A DNA stretch of 64,000 bases from Octopus vulgaris (lineage: Eukaryota). Below the pieces are notes generated by a model. That model had not been told where the DNA came from and made no database searches. It saw nothing but the letters and a program-made list of their open reading frames with translations. Positions 13,921 to 26,365 of the stretch are shown here, piece after piece. The translations under genes were made by a program, and so were the position numbers. The DNA lies in the NCBI GenBank assembly GCA_951406725.2, contig OX597819.1, positions 86,242,001 through 86,306,000 of the forward strand, in the 5' to 3' direction. Within the stretch, counting starts at the first letter, position 1; every line of letters starts with the position of its first letter.

Positions 13921-14824
13921 ACACACACACATAATATTTAGGTTTTGGGTATGTTCTTTGTAGTACGGTGATAAGCACGTTCACTGCCTATGACTACCTG
14001 GCGTCATCCACGGTAATTACACAATTGTGCTGGATCTACCTCAGAAATTCTTCAATGTACGTTTGGTATAAAACAAATTATAGAGACGGAAAATGGAATA
14101 CACGGGAAACTTTATTGCTCACAACGATGTTTTATACTCCTGTTATTTATTTTTCTTAAGTACTCCCCGATGATTAGGAATTAACTGTTACGATTTTCAT
14201 AACATTTATATTTTACATTATAAATATGAAAAGAGTAACACGTGGGTAACAACGTATATATATACGCTTTTCTGTTTTAAATGTTATTAAATTACCTAAT
14301 ATATTTTCATTAAAACAAGTATTTTATTCCATCTCTATCTCATGGGGCTATTTCTTATCGCAAATAAGGAATGGGGTAAAACACTTCGTTATTTTCAGCA
14401 CCAGAAATATGCTTAGGTTAAACTGTTTTTGATTAAAATTTGGGCTTATTTTGGTGGTAGATTTCCTATGGAAAGCTGAAAAGATTGGAAAAAAAGGGTT
14501 GACAAATATCCCTGCTTATTAAAACTAATATCTTTTATAACCTTAATTCGGGCAAGTTAGGGCCCTCTAGAAACAAAAATTGTATGAATAGAAGGTGGGA
14601 GTGCTAAATATTTCACTTATTGTTAGTATCAAGCAATTTGTCACTTTGAGAACCACTTAGGTATAGGTTCTAGTATTACATGCTGTTGATATGAAATAAA
14701 GAACCTGACTGAATGTAATAAAATAAGTAATTGTTTATAGCCGGTTCCTTTACCTCTGAGATACTTCAAATGGAGATAAAACAATCTATAAATTAAAGAC
14801 GGCTTTCTTTGTGGGAAAACTTAC

Positions 14825-14920
14825 GTGGTTTATATCTAATTTCACTGCATATAAGGATTGCAAATTCGTAGGCCTTCACATGGACTGCTTCAGGTCGAAC
14901 GTTTGAAAATTCACCGAGTC
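14825..14920 (-). CDS. Cont: Contactin-like exon 8, start of Ig2 (LGEFSNVRPEAVHVKAYEFAILICSEIRYKP)
   Basis: ttctttaattatag| acceptor, C|GTAAGT donor; phase 1->1; continues ITFG-R-LGEF. Confidence 0.88.
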
Positions 14921-17502
14921 CTATAATTAAAGAACAAAGAAAACTTTGTAAAGAAAGTTTTTTCTGGTAAGTATTATTTCTGAAAGTATTATACATTATT
15001 TTTTGAGATACCTCAAATGGAGATGATAAAACAATCTATACTTTTTTCTTTGGATTTTCGTTCAAGGCAAATTAAATTTTCACCAGCCGAATATCAATAT
15101 GCAATACAGGCAAACAAAACCTTCCCTTAATTCTTTGAATGTTATAACAGTTCAGTCCTTTTATTTTATTTTATTTTTGTCCAATGTAACATGTGATATG
15201 CCACATGCCAAATTAAATTACTTTATTCTTTTATGATTGTTGCAAAAAATATATTATTTAAAATAGATTTCACAATAAAACATTCTAGAGAACAATTCTG
15301 CTTGTTTTTTTGGGTTTTTTTTGTTTTATAAATATCTTTGATAACGGAATGTTCAAATATCCATAATATTGGTGTTTGTTTTGGAAACAAATTTATGCTA
15401 GTTAAGTAGATTAAAACAATTACTGTCTTAAAAAATAAACACTTTGGTAATTATTTCTAAAAATATCCCAAATATTCATACTATAACAAATGAATGTGTT
15501 ACATTCTCTTTACTCTTTTACTCTTTTACTTGTTTCAGTCATTTGACTGCGGCCATGCTGGAGCACCGCCTTTAGTCGAGCAAATCGACCCCGGGACATT
15601 GTTTACCCTTAGAACTAAATTTACAGACCACAGTATCAAATCTGTTAATCTTTATTAAATCTAATTCTATCAGTGGATACATTGAACTTATTAACTTCTA
15701 AAGACTCAGTTAGAACATTAGAAAAATACTTTTCCCTCTTTAAGTAACATTAAACATTAAAAGCTTGCTTACAACAAAACTTCCTTTAGTAATGTATCAC
15801 CACTTCACCCCAGAAAACTTATTATACATCACTATTTACGTGTATTTTCATAGCTATTGACCTAAGCACGTCAGTGATTAGTAACCTCTATCTTACAGTG
15901 TTCATGTTTGCAATTATTTCATACAATTTCCAATTTCATTTAATTTAAATATCAAAGAAATAACTTGTTAATGCTATTAACTGGTAAGAAACGTTAACCA
16001 TATCAAATCAGTTTGAAGACGAGGTACTTTACATAATATACGATAGTAATACTTTAAACATTAGAATGCCCGCCAAACAGAATCATACCCATTGCATACT
16101 AATCCAACAACGAAACCTTTACGTTGTCACTCGATCTGCAAAACATATTTGCCATATTTCCTCATGCGACACTTTACAATCTTTAAAACATAGAATACAT
16201 CGTGTATAGATGCACAGTACATGAGAAGTAATATGAGATGGTCACTAAAGGAATACATATTATTATGGGTCTGCTCAATATTTTCTGATCTTGGAATAAA
16301 CAGCAACAACGATAAAACCCAGTCAACGAGGGAGATACTACGATTGTTCGTAGAAACAGCAGTCAATCTCTCGTAAATTAAATTTTGCCGTCCTAAATAT
16401 AGGACACACTAAAATATGTAGTTCGCGTACATGATGCATGAAAAAAAAGATGCGATTGTCATTTCTTAAATGTCTCTGATAATCCGTCTGCTACATTATG
16501 GTTGATTTGGATGATAAACGACAGCAACAACAACAGCAACAACAGCAGCAGTCTTTCAGGTAACACTTGAGAAACTGAAATATTTGAACGCATTTTTAAG
16601 GATGTTTTCACTTAAAGAAACGTATCTATCACAAATAATGCTATTATAACAGGGAAATCACTCACATTATAAGGTTTCGCCAAACATAGTATACAGGATA
16701 TAAAGACTGGATGGGGTTTTGGTTGTTGGATGTCTCTTTAAGTATAAAAGACCCATTATCTGAAAATTTCCAGTTTCCATTCTGTCAATAACTTTAGTCT
16801 ACTTATTTTCGATTACTTTTCCAAACAAAATCAATAAGATGTTTCCTTATGTGTATTTGAATAAGTGCCTAAAATCTAGTGTAAATAGAGTATTATGTTG
16901 CTCAGTAATTCAACTTGGCTAGTCTACTTTTCGAATGAAACAACATTAAAAACAGTGGTAAATCATAGCAAATAAACTCAACAAAATCAACAACCAAAAA
17001 CTGACGCTATCAAGACTGGAAAATATGTCACATTTTCTATTTATTCTTTCAAATTAAATGATTTTTTAGAGGGAATAGCTATTTGTGATAGAATGTGAAA
17101 GACTATAGATAGGTTATCCATTGACCAAGGAATTAGTACTCCTCCGCTGTTGCTGCTGTTACTGCTGTTCTTTTCCTGTTTGCGCTTGGCAAACACAATT
17201 AACTTTCTATTTCCGATCTGTTTTCACTGTAGCTAGGCGCTATGAGAAACCCAGTTCTTAAGTTTAAGTACTTAGTGTGAAGTATACATGATGATTGTTT
17301 TATTATCTTGTAGTTTCCACGTTCTGCTGAAAAGTCCTTATTTGATACATTTATTTATGTATATACGCACAGAACTGAATACATATATGGTATCTTAAAT
17401 CGCATCAGCAGTGTTCAGGTTATTAAGCTAAGCGAACTGTAACATAGATATAAAGAGTAAATGCTAGAGTTTAACCCCAGGTCAGTATATATATATATAT
17501 AG

Positions 17503-18480
17503 TATTAATAATAATCGGGAGAGCGGAGATTTCTTACATCTATAATTTTATTAAACAGTTACTTACATGAACCTACGCACACGTTTCAGCTGCATCGACT
17601 GCACACTGTTAAATGTGCATGCTAGTGCTAATGTCGGTACAGTATAATCAGGGTCATTTCTTACTGCCATTCGAAATTAAGCGAAAGAAATCAGGAATTT
17701 GAATAAATTGTTTTTAGGCGTTAGTGTTACTATAAATAATTGTATTTCCAGTGATCCATGGTTCACCTCGGCTAAGTTTGGATTGTGGAGTGAGGTGTAG
17801 TCTGAAAATAGGTTAAGATTAGAAAGCTTACCATTCCACACATTTCAAGGAGAATTTTTATTTCTAGAGGTATACATTTAAATATTGTATATTATTTGTT
17901 TTATTGTCGACTCGATTGTTATTCTAATAATTTATAATTTTCATATTTAATTAAGTATACTTATATTTAATAAAATTACATTTATTTTTATGAAGGCACC
18001 TTGAACCACGTTCCTGCCTTGAGTTTATAAGATTTGCATTTTGAAATAAAAATTTGGTACATTTCCTGAACACAAAAGTGACATCATTTACTCCCTATGA
18101 TATACGATTTAGTCCTACTAATTATTCCCCATTCAATCGAATATATTTTATTACTGTCCTTTAGCAACCAAATTAATTTGCTTAGGCTTGAATGATTATT
18201 CTTGTTTTTATCTTTAAAAGAATTTTTGTAGTCAGCTATTCTCCGTTTTATAAAACATGAACTGGTACCTATATAGATGTCTTCTGATGTGACTTTACAC
18301 CTGTAAACTGCATTTTAAATTTTGCTGTCTGATTTTAACGGGCATAATTTACATTTTGTGCATTCATAATTTTAAACTTTCTAATCGATTTGATTTTTGG
18401 TATTCACTAACTTATTTCGCTTATTTTCCAGGTTATTTCCACTATTCCCATAGTTTTCCGGGTACTGCCCTATCTAGCAT
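17503..18480 (-). mobile_element. Degenerate Hydra-type PLE 3' fragment (GIY-YIG plus pLTR)
   Basis: Minus strand gives CPL..NAVYRCKV..IYIGTS..KNSF..SLSKLIWLLK..IEWGII..CHFCVQE, homologous to the C-terminus of ORF 153-1703; ends at a (TA)n tract. Confidence 0.8.
17568..17656 (-). ncRNA. Type I hammerhead ribozyme motif, degenerate core (CUGAUUA)
   Basis: tgacc CTGATTA t-actgtaccgac..gtcgatgcagct GAAA cgtgtgcg TA ggttca; long stem II, G8->U. Confidence 0.7.
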
Positions 18481-18906
18481 TCTTACCATCCCTTTCTAGT
18501 CTTGCGTTTGAATTAGTAACACAAGGCCAGCAATTTTGGCGGTGTACACATCTATATTCAATTTCCCAGGAAACTGGTTTTTCAAATGGTTTTCAAAGTT
18601 TCACGTGGGTGTCTCTATTTTTCAGTTTCAGCACACTGTTTGGTGTAATTTGACCAATGTAGGAATATCCCGTTTAGAAGAAATCCAAAGAACGGATACC
18701 AGAGTGAAACGACAGCGTAGGAAAGACAGAACAACCCTAACCTAATCATCACTTGCAATCCAATGTGATTCTTGCTATAGGTTGTTTTCAGCAAGAAGTG
18801 GCCATCAGGAAGCCTGTTATACGCTGCAACACAAATAACCTCCTCCTCCAGACTGACATACACTCAATACTCGGAAACGAGTCTTTACCGACGGCATATA
18901 TGTATA

Positions 18907-19119
18907 CGAGGGTGTGCTGAAAAGTTCCTGACTTTAAGGGGTTCGCAAAATGCCTGGTTAGAGCCCCAAACTTCCAAGTTCTTTTACAGGGCTTAGAAAA
19001 ACTAAAGGACCGCTGCAATAAGTGTGAGAATCTGCGAGGGGAATATGTTGAATGAAATCATAATTAACTGATCCTCCTCTATTACATTTTACCCAAAGCC
19101 AAGAACTTTGCAGCTCACC

Positions 19120-19123
<4 letters not shown>
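18907..19123. mobile_element. Mariner-type MITE with TA TSD
   Basis: TA|cgagggtgtgctgaaaagttcctg ... caagaactttgcagctcaccctcg|TA. Confidence 0.85.
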
Positions 19124-19158
<35 letters not shown>

Positions 19159-19802
19159 GCACACGCACACAAATACATACACACATGTATACATTTGGGA
19201 AATTCAATTGAGGCTGTACTTAATCAAAATAGCTATGTCTGTATCTTAATGTAGATAGACTGTCGATAGACAAGTTATTGAAGTATCTCTCCCGCAAAAA
19301 CATCGCTTATGGAGTTACTCTGTTAAAAACGCAATAAATGTCAGAGAGAGAGAGAGAGAGAGAGAAATTATTTTTAACAGCCACTAAGATTACCAGTTAC
19401 ATTTGGGCCTGTCTGGGCCTTTTGAATCGGCACATGTTCGAAGTTATCTATATGCCCAGACCTCTGATATTCGTTGTCTTTTAAATTTGCAACTCCACAA
19501 GAGTTGTTGTCTCAAAACAAATACTACAGTAACCGGCCTATTGACAGTGTGTATACTTTGAGCATGATAAATTAGATGGCTGCACATATTTTTTAGCAAC
19601 AAAAGCAATATTGATTACAAAAATCAATCTTTATATCTAACTTAATGAGAATGTTTTGTTAGAACGCCGAGCACCGCGGTGTTTATCTTGAGAGGTCCTC
19701 TCTTATGGTCGTATGATGCACATTATTCACACACACACACACACACACATACATACACACATACATACATACATACATACATACATACATACATACATAC
19801 AT

Positions 19803-19861
<59 letters not shown>

Positions 19862-19932
19862 GCATATTTCACATACAAAAATGTGGAACAACGTTGTTTA
19901 TCATTAACTTTCTTATTTCATTATTTACTTAC

Positions 19933-20092
19933 TTCCGAACGTAATTTGAACGGGGTTTCCTAATACACGACCGAAATCATTCTCTGCACTACACTGGAAA
20001 TAACCTTCGTCGAAAGCTGCTTGTGGCTGGCTGATTGTTAATCGGCCATTCGTAAGAGTATACCTGCTACTTGATGCTATCTCAGTTCCAGA
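19933..20092 (-). CDS. Cont: Contactin-like exon 7, second half of Ig1 (SGTEIASSSRYTLTNGRLTISQPQAAFDEGYFQCSAENDFGRVLGNPVQITFG)
   Basis: DxGxFQCxAxNxFG Ig motif, A|GTAAGT donor; 5' boundary inferred at a GAG acceptor after a polypyrimidine tract (boundary less certain than exon identity). Confidence 0.88.
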
Positions 20093-20304
20093 CTCCATTG
20101 AAAAGAAAAAAAAGACATACAGTTTGCATTAATAACTAATCACGGCATAATGCTCACCTGTACACACATACACAAATACATATTGTTGTTGTTGTTATCA
20201 ATATCATTAAAATCCCCATCTTCCTCCTCCTCATCATCATCATTATCATCATCATCATCAAGCACTATCGTCATCATTACCATCATCATTATTGATAAGA
20301 TGAA

Positions 20305-20695
20305 AGCGAGAGCTAGCAGAAACGTTAGCACGACGGACGAAATGCTTAGCAGTATTTAGTCTGCCGTTACGTTGTGAGTTCAAATTCCGCCGAGGTCGAC
20401 TTTGCCTTTCATCCTTTCGGGGTCGATAAATTAAGTGCCAGTTATACACTGGGGTCGATATAATCGACAATCCGTTTGTCTGTCCTTGTTTGTCCCCTCT
20501 ATGTTTAGCCCCTTGTGGGTAGTAAAGAAATAAGTATTTCGTCTGTGTTTACGTCCTGAGTTTAAATTCCGCCGAGGTCGATTTTGCCTTTCATCCTTTC
20601 AGGGTCGATAAATTAAATACCAGTTCTGTACTGGGATCGATCTAATTGATTGGCCCACTCCTCCAAAATTTTGGGCCTTGTGCCTATAGTAGAAA
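20305..20695 (+). mobile_element. SINE (gcgagctggcagaaacgttagc head, tandem central domain)
   Basis: Near-identical to 57972-58202 and 53900-54282. Confidence 0.85.
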
Positions 20696-21082
20696 CAAAT
20701 ATAGTTCCTGTACGATAAGATAGTTAAAATTGGAACGCTTACATCATAGTTTTCTTCGACCATGACTACCTAATGCGGTGTTTCACAAGGAAGGCTTTTG
20801 AGTAGTAGCTCGACCTGCAAGAAATGGCATCCAAATCTCTCTCAACTCATACCCTGCAATTTTGATTTAGGAAACGATACATTGGAAAATGTAGTAGTAA
20901 ACATAAAGACAATAAGATATATATGTACATGCATATACACATACATACATACATACATACATACATACATACATACATACATACATACATACATACATAC
21001 ATACATACATACATGCATGCATGCATACATCCATACATACATACATACATACATACTTACATACATAAGTGTTTGTTCGTGT

Positions 21083-21830
21083 GCTAGGTTGTCAGATAAA
21101 TTCGTTCGTTTCTATAAAATGTTATTTGAATTGAAACGAAAAATGTATTTATCTTACGTTTCATGGGGATTTTTGTAGCTGTGTTCTTCCTCAAAAATTT
21201 TTGTTTATCGTTTTTTAAATAATTTCAAATAAATGACGACGTAGCGCGCAGCAGAAAGAAAATGAACGTTTTGAACACCTGCTTTTCTTTGCTTTCATTT
21301 AAGATTCCAAAGTTGCCAAATATGTTTTAACATTTGTTCAAAAAATATGCCATTACTGAAAGAACTGCATAGAAATTGTTTTCACGCTTCAAGGATGGGA
21401 AATTCAGCCTCAGAGAATCTCCACGTCCCGACCGAGTTATTCAGTTCAATGAGGATCCTCTTAAACATCTATGAGGATCTGCGTCATGCCCCTCAGAAAT
21501 TGGCCCAGCAAACGGGATGCTTTTATGCTATCATTGCTAATACCATTGCTGACACCGTTACCCGTCACCTTCACTTGACACATAAAGTCCAAAACATCGA
21601 TGCAATGTACCACACGGTCTGAACGAAAGCGACAAACTCCAATGCATCTCTATATAGCCAGTTTGCTCGCTCGACACAAGGCTACTTGTGGACACAGATT
21701 TCTTTACCCATTAGTCACTGGGGACGAAAAGACGTGTCTTTACGCAATAAGAAGCAACGGACAGAAAAGCTGAGTCCCGCCGATAAGCAACAACACAGGC
21801 TAAAGCCAAAACTATATTCACAGACGGCAA
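21083..21830 (+). pseudogene. Degenerate mariner transposase, 5' part
   Basis: TIR-like taggttgtcagataaattcgt; FSRFKDGKFSLRESPRP HTH motif; VTGDEK catalytic motif near 21713-21730. Confidence 0.7.
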
Positions 21831-21849
21831 TGATCTGCGTTTGATAGGA

Positions 21850-22380
21850 CTAGCACTTCCTAATCCCCTGGACATATTTTTCCTCTTTTTAACTTTCTGG
21901 GAAGTCTCCCCATTGCGAGAAATTTCTGGAAGAGGATCTGTAGTAGTCTTGCTAGAGCCCTTTTGCATTCCTTTTGGAGGATTGCTGAGAATCTGTCAGG
22001 TCTGTGACTGAGTTTGATCTCATTTCATCAATGGCTGATTTTGCAACATTTTCCCCGATTTCGACGTTATCAATATTTGCCATCTCTTTGTATAAAGCTG
22101 TGGTGCTAAAGATCTCATCAGGCATAGCTATTTGCAAGTGTCCAAACAGAGTAGCAAAAACATTATTTTATTGTACATTCAGTATTTTACTTATCCTCTA
22201 AGGGTCTGCAGTCAGTGAGTCATTTTCTTCAAACAGTAACCCTATCTTGTACCGCACTAAAGTAGACGTTTTTGCAAGTCTGTAGAAAGCTTAAGGATTT
22301 ATCTGTATATTTTTGACGCTCCTGGCTTCTTTCTCTGCTCTCTCCTTTTCTTGTGGTCGGGTGGTGGACTGAGCAATAGG
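21850..22380 (-). pseudogene. Degenerate CR1/L2-type LINE ORF2 fragment
   Basis: IQINP*AFYRLAK..KIGLL..LTADP*RISKILNVQ..VF linker motif upstream of the RT. Confidence 0.55.
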
Positions 22381-25084
22381 AGACGTCTATTTATATATTT
22401 ATATCCCGCACACAAATTTCAGGTATTTCTTAGCTACGTAACCTCCGCTGCAGAGAGCTCAGTTCATTTTCATCTTTTTGTGTGTGTGTGTGTGTCTCGT
22501 TGAACAGTTTTCACTCTGAAATTCTCAATGTATAACGACTGAAATTTGCAGCATTCCACATGCTTGTTTTATTACAAGCATAAGGAAACCATATATGAGT
22601 GGAGGGGAAAGCCGGTTAACTTCGGCCCTAGAGTTCGACAGTGTTTATTTTATCGACTCCGAAAGGAATGGGAGGCAAAGTTGACCTCGGCCGAATTTGA
22701 ACTCAGAATGTAAAGACACGCCTAAACATTTTTTACTCCATGCAACGACCCTATCAATCTCGCTATCCTTATCAATAGCTCACTAATTACTTTTAACTTA
22801 GGTGGAATTCACGCATTCTAGCAAAGATGAATTTGTCGTCCATTTCATCGATGAATATTTCAGTTATTTGATGAATAGAGCTATCCGTTGTATTCGCCTG
22901 TAGCTTACTGCTTACTGCACTGCCACGTACATTGACATTGTTGACGCAATTTTCGAGTGATATAAGTATGACATAAAGATAGAAATAAAAGTGATAATAA
23001 CACCTTAGATCCTGCGTCTGATCGATAAAGCCTGACTTGAGTTTAAACAACATGTGTCTCTTTTCGTTGTTATACTGATCCTGAAATTGCCCTATATGCT
23101 TCCTAGACTCGCAAAATCACATATCAGTTATACAGTAAGATAGCTAATATGAGTGTGCATGTGGTAAATAATTTTTTAATCCTCACCTTAGTAATTCCTT
23201 CGCCAGATTGAATGATTTTCTGTAATGGAAGAAAATGAAAAAAAATATCAATCTCAATCTGAAATTTGGGTAAAATTTGAAATGAATAAAGAAGGTAAAA
23301 GGTTATTAAAGTAATTATTAATGGCGGTAGGTTGGTGTCTTTTCAAATCATTTTGTTGGGTGGGAAAGTGTCCAGCCCATTATGTTTGCAGGACTCCGAT
23401 AATGCTAACGTTGAGACAGTTGAAATTGTTTTTAGTAGCTGCAACTGGGCTTCTGTAAGAAAAACATGGGCGGGGGAATAACTACAAAAGGTTAGTAGAG
23501 GACGTGTGGGCTGAGGTCAGGTGAATCAATCATTGATGCCATTTACTTTGTTTTGAAGTTAAATATAACAGTGGTTTTCATTGTATTTCATTCTTCCATA
23601 CTCCTCAGAATAATTTCTGATTTAGGCAGAGGACCGGCAATTTTGGGGAGGAATTGATACCGTGATCCCAGTAACTTAATTTTATCGACCAAGGAAGGAT
23701 GAGATAAGATTGCCCTTTGATGGGATTTGAACTCGGAACGTAAAGAGCCGGAACAAATACCCCCAAGACATTTTGTCCAATGCTCTGAAGAGTCAGCCAT
23801 CTACTTGTCCTCCTTATACCATAGAATAACTACCAGTCATATTCTGGTGTTTATTAAATCGACTGTAGGCTTTACATGATTGACGGAAAATATCTCAAGT
23901 AAACGTATTGTATTCTAATTAGAAAAAATGAGTTAACTTATTCTCAACTGTTCGGGGGTTTTCAGCCCATTAATACTTACATGAAGCTCTGCCGTCTATA
24001 ACAACTCTTCTATGAGTTAATTAATCCCTCTCTTTACAGGAAAAGGCAAGACACAGAATCTACTGAACATTTTAGTTTCTAAGTAGAATTTAATTCACTA
24101 TATCTACATAGGCTCAGGGGAATAATAATCATGTAACTTATCAATCATGTAACTTATTTCTCATCGCTTCCAAAATATCTCAGTATTCTACGTTTATATT
24201 AATAAGTTCATAACTGTATGCTGACTCCAGGTGAGGTACACAATAAATATTTATAAAATATCTCAGGTAATATGCTGAAGAGTTATTCTATTGTATTCTG
24301 CAAACTGACTGGAAAATTTTATCGTAATAAACAAACAAGATACTCATTAATTTTACAGAACCCTTGTTGTTTAAGCAGTGAGTCATATCGTTCGCAAACA
24401 TTTTCTTCTAATATCAAGGTGGAGCAGATAAATTAGAATAATTTTAGTACAGATATACAACAGTGCAGATGATATGATAGAAATATCAGTTTCTATTCTG
24501 ATATTATACAGACTCATCAATCTGAAGTTCGCAAGTTTATATCAGAAATATAAGATATTTTAGAAAATATTTTATATATATATATTTTTAAATATAAAAC
24601 GTCTTTATTAGAGAAGCAAATTATGCATAATTCCATAACGAATAAAGTATTAATTACCATTGTTTATGCATTCATATTGCTTTGGAACACCAGGGTTCTA
24701 AAATATCGTATATGTAATAAAAGAGTAGAGCCCGAGGAAGCTAATGGTGTTTAACATCGGTCAAATATACTATATGCAAATTAAACATTGGACTAAATTA
24801 TAAGCCGGGGAAAAGAAGCTTTCGTCGGAGAGATAAAATTTCAACTGAAGGTTTTGCTCGAAACATTAGGTTTCTTTCACGAGGTATAAAATTTATTCGA
24901 TCGTTTGTATTGTTTCAAGAAAATCTCTTGAGAAATGCATTAAATTTGTGCTTGAGAGGAGTAAATCGAAATAAATGTAATTCGAAATGTTATTTTAGAA
25001 ATACCACTTCTGTATATTTGCATTTTTTGAGTTCCGATGACAAACATATATACAACCTATCGTCACAATGACAAACATAAATAC

Positions 25085-25460
25085 ATGGCTGTGTTGTTAC
25101 GTAACTCACTTTACAATCATCTGGTCTCGAGTTCAGTGCCACTACAGGTTGCCGCGGTCAAGTGTCTTCTATTATAGCTCCCTCCGGTCAATAGATTATC
25201 GGCGAATTTGGTAGAATCTGTGAGTAGCCCTTCGTGTGTGTGTGTGTGTGTGTGTGCGCGCGCACACATACCTGCGTCTCTACGTCTGTATTCTTGTTCC
25301 AAAACGCACCACTTGGTGTAACATAGCGGTTTGGCAAGAGACCAATAGAATAAGTAACATGCTTAAAGCAATTACTGGGATCGATTTCTTCGACTAAACT
25401 CTTCAAAGCGGTGCCCCAGCTTGACCGCAGTCATTTGACTGAAACAAGTTAATGATAAAA
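25085..25460 (+). mobile_element. Diverged SINE with internal (TG)n
   Basis: Head ggctgtgttgtta, tail gcagtcatttgactgaaacaag as in the 60053 family. Confidence 0.75.
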
Positions 25461-26170
25461 GATATCACTAGCGTATCAGGTGCTAAACTGCTTTAGTCGT
25501 TAAAGAGTCGAACAGAATACTTCGCAGTATTTGTTCCGACTCTTTGACCCAAAATTCCCTCGAGGTCAACTTTGCCTTTCTTTTTTTCTGGATTGATTAG
25601 CAAAGTATTCATCGAGGGCTTTAGATTGGCGAGAATGTAAGACCGTCAGACTGGGTACTTCGCGGAAATAGTTTCGTCTTATTGTGTTCTCGGTGGTAGA
25701 ACTGAACGACTTGACAACTTGGGTTACTGTAGTCAAGCCCATTCTGTTGAAAGCTTTCTGGCTAGGTTTTTGGTTTGAGGATGCGATCCTCTCTCTTTTA
25801 CTACTATCAGCTCGGAGGTCCTGTGACGTGTCGTGGGCACTAACCTCACTCCTGACAAAACTAAAAAAAAAATTTAAATAAGCATTTAAAAATGCGGCCG
25901 TAGTCTAACTTGTTGCTTTACTTATAAAATAAGAACTAGAAACATAATAGAATCAATTCACTTCTCAAAGAAATATTTGATACATTGATCAACGATCGAT
26001 GATTAGAGCTAAATTCGAGAGCAAATTGGCACGAACAAATGTAAATGGTTGTTTTTATACATGGGATAATATGTGGATTTATTTCACACACACTTATATT
26101 CTCATTATTCTATAGCGTTTCCTGGTTTCGTAATTTGTACTGGCTCCTTCAGCTCCAGTTCGTATAAAGC

Positions 26171-26297
<127 letters not shown>

Positions 26298-26301
26298 ACA
26301 T

Positions 26302-26365
<64 letters not shown>

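Noticed and set aside
18084-18086. In-frame TGA in the Hydra-type GIY-YIG fragment as possible selenocysteine (as in some Naiad PLEs)
   Set aside because: Not at a conserved Cys position, and the fragment has other stops and frameshifts
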